DNA of 64,000 bases, from positions 1 to 64,000 of the IMG/VR virus record IMGVR_UViG_3300025467_000014; one strand, given 5' to 3'. The notes under the pieces were generated by a model. The model did not search any database, was not told the origin of the DNA, and saw only the letters and a list, made by a program, of their open reading frames with translations. This DNA comes from an uncultured virus (IMG/VR IMGVR_UViG_3300025467_000014). Taxonomy: Duplodnaviria > Heunggongvirae > Uroviricota > Caudoviricetes. Of the stretch, positions 52,124 to 62,400 are shown in pieces; the stretch's first letter is position 1, and every line of letters starts with the position of its first letter. Position numbers and translations under genes: made by a program.

Positions 52124-53689
52124 ATGTCTAATCTAAGGATTACAGATCTTCCAGTAGTAAAAACCCTATCAGCAACTGACGTACTTGCTGTTGTTAATTC
52201 ATTTAATTTTAATAATGTACCAACAACAGCTCAGATTACTGTATCTGGATTAGCTATAGCTGTTGGTAATGTAATTGGAACATCACAAACTACGTTAAGT
52301 AGTATTGCCGGTAGTATTGTTAATTGGAATAATACCTACAATACTGTTACGGCAAATTCAGCTAATTGGAGTAGTGTTTATACAACTGTATGCGCATATA
52401 GTGCTATTTGGAGCGGTATAACAAATTTTGTTAATTTAACTGCTAATTGGAATAATAGCTATACTACATTAACCTCATATAGTGCTACCTGGGTCAATAC
52501 AACAAGTATTGTAAACAATAATAGCGCCAATTGGAATAATAGCTATACTACACTTTCCAGTAATTCAGCCTTTTGGACAAGTACATATAATACAGTATGT
52601 GCAAATTCCGGAGCGTGGAGTTCAGCGGTAACCTTTGGACTTGCAAATGCCCTTACTGCTCAATGGACAAATACTTCTAATACTGTTTCAGCTAATTCTG
52701 CTAGTTGGAGTAGTGCTTATACAACTGTATGTGCGTATAGTGCTCTATGGACAGCTGGAGGTAATACAGCCGGGGTTTATACAACGGTAAATGCTAATTC
52801 TGCTTCATGGGGTGTTGGTGGTAAGATGCCCTATCAAATTAATGTTAGTACTAATATTGGTTTGTATGCAAGTGGTAATACTGTTGTCGCTAATACCCCT
52901 CTCTCGGCAATACTCCTAAACATACTTCAAACAGTAACTCACCCTACCTACACCCAACCCACTCTTACAATAAGTGAGAGCTTTACCTCAGCTTATGAAA
53001 TTGGTACACAAATAACAAATCCTCAACTTACTCTTAATTGGGTTCAGAATGATGCGGGTACTGGAGTAGGGTATGCTTTCCTTTCAAGTGCCGATAGTAT
53101 AAATTATACAAGTATATACTCCCAACAATTTAGCTTACCTTCTACTCTTAATACCTCACAAACGTTTCCATCTTATTATTTGACGAGTACAGTATATTAT
53201 GAAGCTTCATCTTATTATCCTACAGGTATAGCAAAAACTAACAATCTCGGTCAAACAGATACTGTTGGACAGATATCAGCTAATTCAATTACAAGCACAT
53301 TTACCCTTTCTCCTTGGTACTCTATCTATGTTACATATGATAACATACACTCTACACCTGCTACCTCTTCAGATATAAGATCGGTGTTTACAAATACATA
53401 TCAAAGTAATCAATACAATCCTAACTCTACTATTACATTAAATCAAAACGGTACGTTTACTCGTATTGCTTTTGCATACCCTGCTTCTATATACGGTAAT
53501 ACCAATTCAATTGCTGTATATGATAATAACCTTGGACATTATATAACACCTAGCTTTACTTCAGGTAGTGCTTTAATATCTATACCCGGACAAAACAATT
53601 TAGGTTCTACTCCTTATTATGTATGGACATTCTTATTACCTAATAATGCATCATATACTAATCCTAATTTAACTATTACTATACCTTAA
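52124..53689 (+). CDS. fibre-like virion protein with SANW repeats
   Basis: LRITDLP N-terminal anchor, repeated SxxW units, S/T-rich C-terminal domain. Confidence 0.75.
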   Translation: MSNLRITDLPVVKTLSATDVLAVVNSFNFNNVPTTAQITVSGLAIAVGNVIGTSQTTLSSIAGSIVNWNNTYNTVTANSANWSSVYTTVCAYSAIWSGITNFVNLTANWNNSYTTLTSYSATWVNTTSIVNNNSANWNNSYTTLSSNSAFWTSTYNTVCANSGAWSSAVTFGLANALTAQWTNTSNTVSANSASWSSAYTTVCAYSALWTAGGNTAGVYTTVNANSASWGVGGKMPYQINVSTNIGLYASGNTVVANTPLSAILLNILQTVTHPTYTQPTLTISESFTSAYEIGTQITNPQLTLNWVQNDAGTGVGYAFLSSADSINYTSIYSQQFSLPSTLNTSQTFPSYYLTSTVYYEASSYYPTGIAKTNNLGQTDTVGQISANSITSTFTLSPWYSIYVTYDNIHSTPATSSDIRSVFTNTYQSNQYNPNSTITLNQNGTFTRIAFAYPASIYGNTNSIAVYDNNLGHYITPSFTSGSALISIPGQNNLGSTPYYVWTFLLPNNASYTNPNLTITIP

Positions 53690-53690
53690 T

Positions 53691-54548
53691 ATGTCATATT
53701 ACACATATACATTACCATATGGATTTCAAAGAGTCTCTTCTGGACCTCTTGACTCTACTTCTGTATATAGTAGTTTAACAGCGTTAACCTCATATGCAGC
53801 AACTAATGGAACTGCCTACCCCGGTCAAATTTTAGCTTTAAGCGGATTACCAACAACAATTTATACTGTTAATAGTGACTTGACTGTTACAGCTATCTCC
53901 GGAGGTAGTGTATCAGGCGGTGGAAGTCAGACTTTGAGTTTTGTTGATACTACATCTGCTTATAATCTTACGCTCTCAAATGGTAATACAGTTTCACTTT
54001 CAGCTTTAGGTTATCAAAATCTTTCAGCATCAAATACATATCTAACAATTCAAAGTTATGTTAATAATTACATAGCACCGAATAATATTCAGATTCCTAA
54101 AGGATATACAGTTTCCCTTTATAATAATCGAATGTATATATTTGCTGGAACTAATCCATCAGATCCTAATCAATATTTACAGGTCAATCTCAATCCGCAT
54201 TTACCGATCTATGTAGCTATTCCGTTATCAGGAAGTGGAGGTACAATAATTGATACGTTCTCATTCAATAGCTTTAAAACTGCAAAATATACTCTACAGG
54301 TTGAAGCAAGCTGGAGTCAAGATGTTTATTACTCAGAAGTAAACTTATTAGCTACCCTAGCACCAAGTGTATATTGTAGTGAATACGGGCAGATTGCGTC
54401 AGCGAATTTGATTAATGGCTATACAGCTGACGTTGATAACCAAGCGACACCTACTGTTGTTAATTTAAGTGCTGTATATACTCCAATACCAGGATCTAAT
54501 AAAGTAATTTATATAAAAGGTTTAAGAACAAATCATTTCCTTATATAA
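53691..54548 (+). CDS. virion structural protein
   Basis: FQR...PLD N-terminus; IDTF...FKTAKY..QV...SEV...SEYG domain seen in T4-like structural proteins. Confidence 0.7.
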   Translation: MSYYTYTLPYGFQRVSSGPLDSTSVYSSLTALTSYAATNGTAYPGQILALSGLPTTIYTVNSDLTVTAISGGSVSGGGSQTLSFVDTTSAYNLTLSNGNTVSLSALGYQNLSASNTYLTIQSYVNNYIAPNNIQIPKGYTVSLYNNRMYIFAGTNPSDPNQYLQVNLNPHLPIYVAIPLSGSGGTIIDTFSFNSFKTAKYTLQVEASWSQDVYYSEVNLLATLAPSVYCSEYGQIASANLINGYTADVDNQATPTVVNLSAVYTPIPGSNKVIYIKGLRTNHFLI

Positions 54549-54582
54549 ACGATACCTATAGCTATAAATATACGTATAGAAT

Positions 54583-57500
54583 ATGGCAATTAATAATACA
54601 TGCTTTACAATTAAAGGCAGTTCTAATACTACAGGACAAATTTTATCAGGTGGAGTTGATTTAGCTACATTATTTGCTTTATCTGCTAATTCAACATATT
54701 GTTATGCAGGTACACCAACAAATAATAGTATTTTACCTATCTATGGGTCTAATACAATAAATTCTAATACAACTTGTGCTAGTATAGCTGGTGGTACTAG
54801 TAATATTATTGGTCCTAACGGAAATGGTGCTTTTATTGGTGGTGGTACTCTTAATAATGTAATTAGTGGATGTGCAGTTGTAGCTGGAGGTTGTAAGAAT
54901 TGTGCTAATGGAGTACTTGCATTTGTCGGTGCTGGTTATAATAACTGTGCATTAAGTCAAAATACTGTTAATGTTGGTGGTAATACAAATAGTGTGTACG
55001 GTACTGCCGCATTTAACGGTGGCGGTCAAAGCAATGTTGTTAACGGTAATTGGTCTGTAAATGTTGGTGGTTATAATAATACATTATCAGCTGCAGCATG
55101 TTCATTTATTGGTGGTGGTCAAAATAATTGTATTCAAAATGCCTTAAATAGTGCAATTCTCGGTGGATGTAAAAATTATACATGTGCTAATAATACTTTT
55201 ATTCTTGGAACTAACTTAAGTGCATCTGTAGTTAATTACACATACGTTAACAATCTTAGTACACAAAGCGGTAATGGAACAATTTGTGGTACTTTTTATG
55301 GTGATGGTTCAAATATCACAAATTTACCTGCAGCAATTTATCAACAAGGTCCAGGTGCATCTTCAATTCAACCTTTATCAGGTAGTAACACTGCTTCAGG
55401 ATCTGGTTCTAATATTGGAGGTGGTGGTAGTAACTGTTTATGTGCAAATGCTTGTTATAGTCATATAGGAGGCGGTTTATCTAATACTAATGATAGTTGC
55501 CTTGGTGTTATTGGTGGTGGCTCTAATAACTGTATATTAGTATCATATAGTTCTATTATTGGTGGTGGTAGTGGTAATAAGATTGGAAGTGGATTTTATA
55601 GTGCTATTGTTGGTGGTTCTCAAAATTATACTGGCGGTCAAGGTAATTTTATCGGTGGTGGTGCTAGTAATTGTAATTGCGGCGTTGGAGGTTGTAACGT
55701 CATTGTTGGTGGTGCTAGTAATTGTATTTATAATACAGTTTCACAAAGTGTAATTGTTGGTGGTAATAGTAATTCTCTTTCAGCAGGTAATGGTTATTAT
55801 AACTTTATCGGCAGTGGAACTACTAACTGTATTATTTGTAATACAAGTAATACATCAATTATCGGTGGCAGACAAAATACAGCATCTGCTTGTTATTCTG
55901 TAATTCTTAATGGTTATAATAACATTAACTGTACAACTGGTCAATACAATATTATTGGCGGTTGTAATAATAATGATCAAGGTTATAGTTGTGTTGTTAT
56001 TCTTGGTAATGGTCTTAATGCATCAAAAAGTAATTTTACATATGTAAACAACCTTAGTACACCAGGTAGTATCTTAACTCAGACTCTTACTGCTGGTAGT
56101 ACGCTTACAACTGTTCCAGCTAACTTACCTTTTAATTTTGCTCCTATTACAAACGTAGCTGCAGCTTCTGGCTCTGTATTTTATTCAGTAACAAATTTAG
56201 CAGCTGGATTGAGTTCAAGTTCTGATCTCGCAGCTTATAATGATCAGGGTAATTATATTGACTTAGGTATTAATAGTTCAAAGTATAATGGTAATTTATA
56301 CACTCCTAAGTTTAATATTGTTGGACCACAGGATTCATATTTTTATAATACATCAGCTAACTTAGCAATTGGAACTTCAACCGCTGGTGATGTATTATTC
56401 TTTACTGGTGGTACACTTTCAGGAACCGCAGCTGTAGGCAGTGGTAATGAAAGACTACGTATTAACTCAGGTGGTTGTACGATTGTTCAAAATATTAGTG
56501 CTATTTGTGGTACTATTGATAATACAATAATAGGAAATACTATACCTGCTGCAGGTTGTTTTACAAATTTATCAGGCGGTACGATATGTGCTACAACAGG
56601 TTTTTATGGTAATGGTGCTAACATAACCAATATAACTGCAGCAAACGGTTGGTGCTATTATCAATGTTGTTTAAATAGTAATTTAACCTATAATTTAATT
56701 GGTGGTGGTAATAATGGTATTTGTAGTGTTCGTAATGGTCAAGGTGGTCCGTTTGCTGATTATAATAGATGCAATACTATTATAAATGGTAGTAATAACA
56801 ATATAAATTCAGCTTCAAACTATATTTGTTATAACTTTATTGCTGGTGGTCAAAATAACTATACAGGTCAATGTAATACATTTATTCTTGGTAGTGGATT
56901 GAGTGCAACTCAGAATAATTATACATACGTTAATAATATTAGTTCACAAGGTGCCGTTTGTGGTGCATCAGTTTGTGGTTCAACATCTGTTTGTGGTGGT
57001 GCATTATGTTCTACAGGTAATATAAACGCCTCCTCTTGTATTGTAGCAAGTAATTGTGTACAGGGTGGTACCTTAATTTCAACCGGTAATATTACTACAA
57101 CTTCAGGTAACATTTGTACCTCTTCAGGTAACATTTGTACATCTTCAGGTAATATTAATACTATAACTGGTACTGTTAGTGGTGCATCAGTTTGTTCTAA
57201 TTTAGTATGTTCAACAAATAATATATACACTACTAATTGTATACAAGGTAGTACAGTATGTGGTACATCGGCAATTTGTGGTGGTGCTGGTTATTTCTCT
57301 ACAGTTAATACAACAGGTAATGTCGCAATTGGTGGTAGTTTAACTGTAGCTGGTTCTTCATATCAAACAAATGCTCAATCATTAATCGTAGGTGATCCAA
57401 TCATCTATATGGGTCTTGATAATACAACCGATCTTTATGATATCGGTGTAATGGGTTTCTATAATGCTCTGTCGGCATTAAGCGCTTCAGGATTACCTTA

Positions 57501-58167
57501 TGGTGGTCTTGCTTCTGGTCTTCTACGATCACGTAGTTTATCGGGTCAAGGTATCAATAATGGCGATGTATGGACACTCTTTAATGCTCTATCAGTAACA
57601 GCGAGTGTTCTTTCAGCAGTTAACGTTCCTATATCAAATGCAACAATCAGTACACTTGTTGCAAATACTAGTGGTATTGTATATGGCAATACAGGTAGTA
57701 AATTTAACGGTACAACCACGTTTAATACTGCAACTGTAACCGGTAATCTTAGTTCTGGTAATACATGGATTAGTGGAACTTCACCAGTTCAAACACTTGT
57801 CAATACAGGTGCAAGTCCTAGTACATACGTACAGAATCAATTATTTACAATAACAGCAGCAGGTGGTTCTTATATTACATTACCAACATTTAGTTTAGCC
57901 GGGTTAGGTGCACCGGGTACAATAAAGTTTCTTACACGAGGCAAACAAGCATCTACAAATTATACAATTGCTTTTGAAATGCTTGCTCACTATGATGATG
58001 CTAGTACAAATTGGAACTATACGGTTACAAATTTTGTTGATCCTAATAACCAATTAAACGTTGTATCCCTTTCGGCAGGTTCCGCTATTGATTTATATTT
58101 AAATTTTAGTAATTCTAATTCAAATAACTGGACTATTAATAGTTACGGAACAGCAATTAGTGATTAA
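54583..58167 (+). CDS. long Cys/Gly-rich fibre-like protein
   Basis: IGGGxxNC repeats, NYTYVNN caps, GNERLRI module. Confidence 0.8.
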   Translation: MAINNTCFTIKGSSNTTGQILSGGVDLATLFALSANSTYCYAGTPTNNSILPIYGSNTINSNTTCASIAGGTSNIIGPNGNGAFIGGGTLNNVISGCAVVAGGCKNCANGVLAFVGAGYNNCALSQNTVNVGGNTNSVYGTAAFNGGGQSNVVNGNWSVNVGGYNNTLSAAACSFIGGGQNNCIQNALNSAILGGCKNYTCANNTFILGTNLSASVVNYTYVNNLSTQSGNGTICGTFYGDGSNITNLPAAIYQQGPGASSIQPLSGSNTASGSGSNIGGGGSNCLCANACYSHIGGGLSNTNDSCLGVIGGGSNNCILVSYSSIIGGGSGNKIGSGFYSAIVGGSQNYTGGQGNFIGGGASNCNCGVGGCNVIVGGASNCIYNTVSQSVIVGGNSNSLSAGNGYYNFIGSGTTNCIICNTSNTSIIGGRQNTASACYSVILNGYNNINCTTGQYNIIGGCNNNDQGYSCVVILGNGLNASKSNFTYVNNLSTPGSILTQTLTAGSTLTTVPANLPFNFAPITNVAAASGSVFYSVTNLAAGLSSSSDLAAYNDQGNYIDLGINSSKYNGNLYTPKFNIVGPQDSYFYNTSANLAIGTSTAGDVLFFTGGTLSGTAAVGSGNERLRINSGGCTIVQNISAICGTIDNTIIGNTIPAAGCFTNLSGGTICATTGFYGNGANITNITAANGWCYYQCCLNSNLTYNLIGGGNNGICSVRNGQGGPFADYNRCNTIINGSNNNINSASNYICYNFIAGGQNNYTGQCNTFILGSGLSATQNNYTYVNNISSQGAVCGASVCGSTSVCGGALCSTGNINASSCIVASNCVQGGTLISTGNITTTSGNICTSSGNICTSSGNINTITGTVSGASVCSNLVCSTNNIYTTNCIQGSTVCGTSAICGGAGYFSTVNTTGNVAIGGSLTVAGSSYQTNAQSLIVGDPIIYMGLDNTTDLYDIGVMGFYNALSALSASGLPYGGLASGLLRSRSLSGQGINNGDVWTLFNALSVTASVLSAVNVPISNATISTLVANTSGIVYGNTGSKFNGTTTFNTATVTGNLSSGNTWISGTSPVQTLVNTGASPSTYVQNQLFTITAAGGSYITLPTFSLAGLGAPGTIKFLTRGKQASTNYTIAFEMLAHYDDASTNWNYTVTNFVDPNNQLNVVSLSAGSAIDLYLNFSNSNSNNWTINSYGTAISD
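57100..57162 (+). repeat. three 21-bp tandem units (SSGNICT heptads)
   Basis: CTTCAGGTAACATTTGTAC repeated in frame. Confidence 0.75.
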
Positions 58168-58210
58168 TTTTTAGATAGATAAATTTAATGCAACAGTTAA
58201 ATATGTGTAG

Positions 58211-58546
58211 ATGAGTATTATACCTACACCATTTAAAGTTACTACAAGTGCCGTTGTTTCAGGTAACTTAACGGTATATGGCACGATATCTGCTTCGACA
58301 GCTGTTTATGCAAATGGTGTATTATTAGGAAGTGGTAGTAGTACAGGGGGATTATATCTGCCATTAAGTGGCGGTCAATTGACCGGTCCGGTAACTTCAT
58401 TATCATCTCTATCTGCTCAAGGTACACTTACTGGTCTTAATATTGCTACAAATAATCAAATACAATTTTTGACTGGAGGCAATTTTGTTAAAGCTTATCA
58501 ATTTTATAATTCTACAACAAACAGTATAGATACTGTTTTTAACTAA
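58211..58546 (+). CDS. short fibre-related protein
   Basis: ISASTAVYANGVLLGSG and YLPLSGG.LTG motifs. Confidence 0.7.
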   Translation: MSIIPTPFKVTTSAVVSGNLTVYGTISASTAVYANGVLLGSGSSTGGLYLPLSGGQLTGPVTSLSSLSAQGTLTGLNIATNNQIQFLTGGNFVKAYQFYNSTTNSIDTVFN

Positions 58547-58547
58547 A

Positions 58548-59441
58548 ATGGCAACAACAGTCGCAAGATTATCATCTAACGGTGTATATTTTACTAATAC
58601 ATATTTTGATGAAATAGCGTATACGAATAATAAAATCTCTACTACAGCTATGTATAGTGGAGGGTTTGATGAGGTTGCTATTAAAGGAGGTAGTGTAGCT
58701 AAAAGAGAAACATCCGATGGCCGGGTTCTTGTATCTGGATACTTTGATGAAATAACTGGTATAGCTAACGTAATAACAAGTGGTTTAATACTCTTTTTAG
58801 ATGCCGGTAATCCTGCTAGCTATCCAGGTGCAGGTAGTACATGGACGGATTTATCTATTTATGGAAATAGCGCTACTCTGGTTAATAGTCCGACTTTCAG
58901 TACAACTAATGGAGGTATTATAAATCTTAACGGTAGTAACCAATATACAGTATCAAATAATCTTGTTTCGCAATTAGGTGCATCATCATCAATATCTGAA
59001 TTTATATGGGTACGTCCAACGGCTCAAGGTCAAATTGTTGTAGAGCTTGGATCAACAACACCTAGCAGTGGATGGCATGATTCGAATATAGAAATTAATT
59101 CATCAGGAGCTATAAGCATGTCTATATGGCAAGGAAGTTTAAATAATAGAGTTACAACATCAAACTTATCATTTAATAACTGGTATTATGTTGGATTTAC
59201 TTATGATGGAGCTACACTGACTGGTTACTTAAACGGTACTGCTATCGGAACAACAACATTCAGTAGACAGGTTAATGGATCTAACTACTATTATGCTATT
59301 GGACCTGCTGATAGCACAAATATGGGAACAAATGCTTACTTAACAGGCTCTGTCGCTGTATTTCAAATGTATAATAGAGCTATACAGGCAGGTGAAGTTT
59401 CACAAAATTTTAATGCTCAAAGAAACAGATTTGGTATTTAA
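58548..59441 (+). CDS. LamG/concanavalin A-like virion protein
   Basis: GLILFLDAGNPASYPG.GSTWTDLS, WYYVGFTYDG, YNRAI...EV.QNFNA...RFG motifs. Confidence 0.85.
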   Translation: MATTVARLSSNGVYFTNTYFDEIAYTNNKISTTAMYSGGFDEVAIKGGSVAKRETSDGRVLVSGYFDEITGIANVITSGLILFLDAGNPASYPGAGSTWTDLSIYGNSATLVNSPTFSTTNGGIINLNGSNQYTVSNNLVSQLGASSSISEFIWVRPTAQGQIVVELGSTTPSSGWHDSNIEINSSGAISMSIWQGSLNNRVTTSNLSFNNWYYVGFTYDGATLTGYLNGTAIGTTTFSRQVNGSNYYYAIGPADSTNMGTNAYLTGSVAVFQMYNRAIQAGEVSQNFNAQRNRFGI

Positions 59442-59467
59442 AGAATATTAGATAAATATAAAAGACC

Positions 59468-62400
59468 ATGGCAAAATTATTAGGAGGAACGACAGTTTAT
59501 GGATTACTAAGTACTACCGGTACTGTGTATGCCTCTGCTGCACAAATAGGCTCTACCACACCTATTGCCGCTCTTAATATATCGCCCTTAACAATTACAG
59601 CAGCAGCTTCTGGCTCTGTATTCAATCAAATACAAAATACGGTTGCCGGGGTGAGCGCGAGTACTGACGTAGCTCTTTATAATGATTTATTAACAAACTA
59701 TGTAGACATAGGTATTAATAGTTCAAAATATAATGGTAATATATATTTTCCAGCATTCAATATAATTGGACCAAATGATTCGTATTTCTTTGCTACAACT
59801 GGTAATATAAGTGTCGGTAATACAGGATCAACAGGAGATTTAATATTTCATACAGGTGGTTCATTAAGTGGTACATCTGGTAATAGTGGTAATGAAAGAA
59901 TGCGTATTGTTAACGTTAATACTGCAACTAATGGTGGATTTGTTGGTATTAATACTTCAACACCTAACCAGCAATTAACTGTAGCTGGTACCATTTCAGC
60001 ATCTACGGCTGTTTATGCAAATGGTGTATTATTAGGAAGTGGTGGTGGTACAATAGATACAGGAGTCAGAGCAATAACTGGTAATTGGCAAAATACCTAT
60101 ACAACAGTTAGCTCATTTAGTGCTAACTGGAATAATTCTTATTCAACGTTAACTGCTAATTCAGCGTTTTGGTCTAATGTTTATACAACAGTATGTGCTT
60201 ATAGTGCTAACTGGAGTAGTGCTTATACAAATTTGACCGCTAATTCAGCTACTTGGCAAAATACCTATACAACTGTTAGTTCTAATAGTGCTAATTGGCA
60301 AAACACTTATACAACATTATCAACTAATAGTGGTACTTGGGTAACATATAGTAATTTAAATACAGGTTCATTTGTAAAATATACAGATATTAATACTGTA
60401 TCTGGTACATGGAATAATGCTTATACAACGTTAACTGCTAATTCAGCTTATTGGTCAAACGCTTATACAACAGTATGTGCTTATAGTGCAGGTTGGGGCT
60501 CTAGCGGTAGTACAGTAGATACAGGCGTAAGAGCGCTTACAGGTAATTGGCAAAATACCTACACAACAGTATCTGCTAATTCAGCTAAATGGTCATCTGC
60601 CTATACTCTTCTCAATACTTCAACAGCTACTACTTTTAGGGTTAATAATTTAAGTGCTGATGGTAATATATGTGCACCTTATTTTTATGGTGGTTATTTT
60701 AGTGGCGATGGTTCTGGATTAACAAATATACAACCACAAGGTCCATATTATTGTAATGTTGTTAATCATAATATATGTACATTAGATAATAATTTTGCTA
60801 CCGGTGGATATTCCGCTATATTAGGTGGTTGTAATAATAATACATCTGCAGGTTGCTCTACTATTTTAGGTGGTACATTTAATAATGTTACTAGTGGATA
60901 TTCTACAATTCTAGGTGGTAATCATAATACGATATTATCAGGCGGTTATAATACAATTGTTAGTGGTTTGAGTAACGTAGTTTCAGGTCCTTATTCAAGT
61001 ATTGTTAGTGGGTTGAGTAACGTAGTTTTAGGGCCCTATTCAAGCGTTATTAATGGTATATGCAACGCTATCTATACATCTAATAATACTAACAGTACTT
61101 ATAATACTATTATTAATGGCTGTCAGAATAATATTTGTGTAGTTGGTGACTCGACCGCTTATATTTCATTTGCTAAAATGGCAGGATTTAAAAATACAAT
61201 TTTATTGAAAAATAATACTGTTAATCCGGTATTACCGGTTAGAATTAATGATGCGAACATCGACGGTATTAATAATTGTGTCAAACAGTGCGGTGATTCT
61301 AGCTTTATTGATACTGTATCTATTAGAGGTTGTTCAAATTTTATAACGTTATCAGCATGTTGTGCTTCTTTGTATGATAGTCATATCATTGGTAGTGCTT
61401 ATAGCGGTACAACAAATTCAGCGTATTATAGTAACATTTGTGATTCAAATATTATTGGTAGTAATGGTAGTGGTATACACTTATTGACACCGTGCTCCAA
61501 TATTCAAGATTCAAATATTATTGGAAGTCGAAGCAGCAATATTTGTCAAGGTTTAACAAATAGTGGTCAATATGGGTCAATTACCGGAACCAGTATTTTA
61601 GGAGGTTTTTTTAATACAGTTGTTACCGATGGTGGCGGTGCTGTAAACTTTACAGCGATAATTACAGGACAAGTTAATAATATTACTAATTCTGGATATA
61701 ATTCAGTTGTAAATGCATCGACTGTAACCGGCTTTGGAAACAACATTACCATATCCGGGCAATATGCAAATGTTTCGCAGGTATATGCGACCGGTGCGTA
61801 TAATTTATTAAAAACATGCTGCGATAGAACTAATATCTCTTACGCTACAATAAATGGTTGTAATAACTGTATTAACGCAATAAATTGTTGTGCCGCTATA
61901 TGCTATAGCACCATTACAAATGGTAATAATAATACTATTACTAATAGTGGTTATTATAACTATAATGGTAATAACTATACCTTTATTAATAATGGGTGTA
62001 ACAATTTAATTTGTACGCAAACATATGGGTGTTTAGATAGTGTTGGTATAGCTAGTGGTTGTTTGAATAACATTACGGCGAGTGGTTATTGTCAAGTAAG
62101 TCATTTAGCACACTGCGGTCTTATTAAAAATGCTACTATAGCTAATGGTAATAATAATAGGTTATTTTCATGTGGCTGTTGTGTTAACGCTACCCTTTCT
62201 GGTGCTTTTGTTACTGGTACAAATAACGCAATATGTAATACTGCTAGTTGTTATTATGCTTCTAATATCTATGATGTTACTTTATTAGGCGGTCAATCCA
62301 ATTGTATTTCATCTTTAGGTGGAGGCTCCGGTACCGGGGTATCTCAAGTTTGTTATTCATCAATATTTGGTGGTACCAATAACTGTATCATTACAACTGC

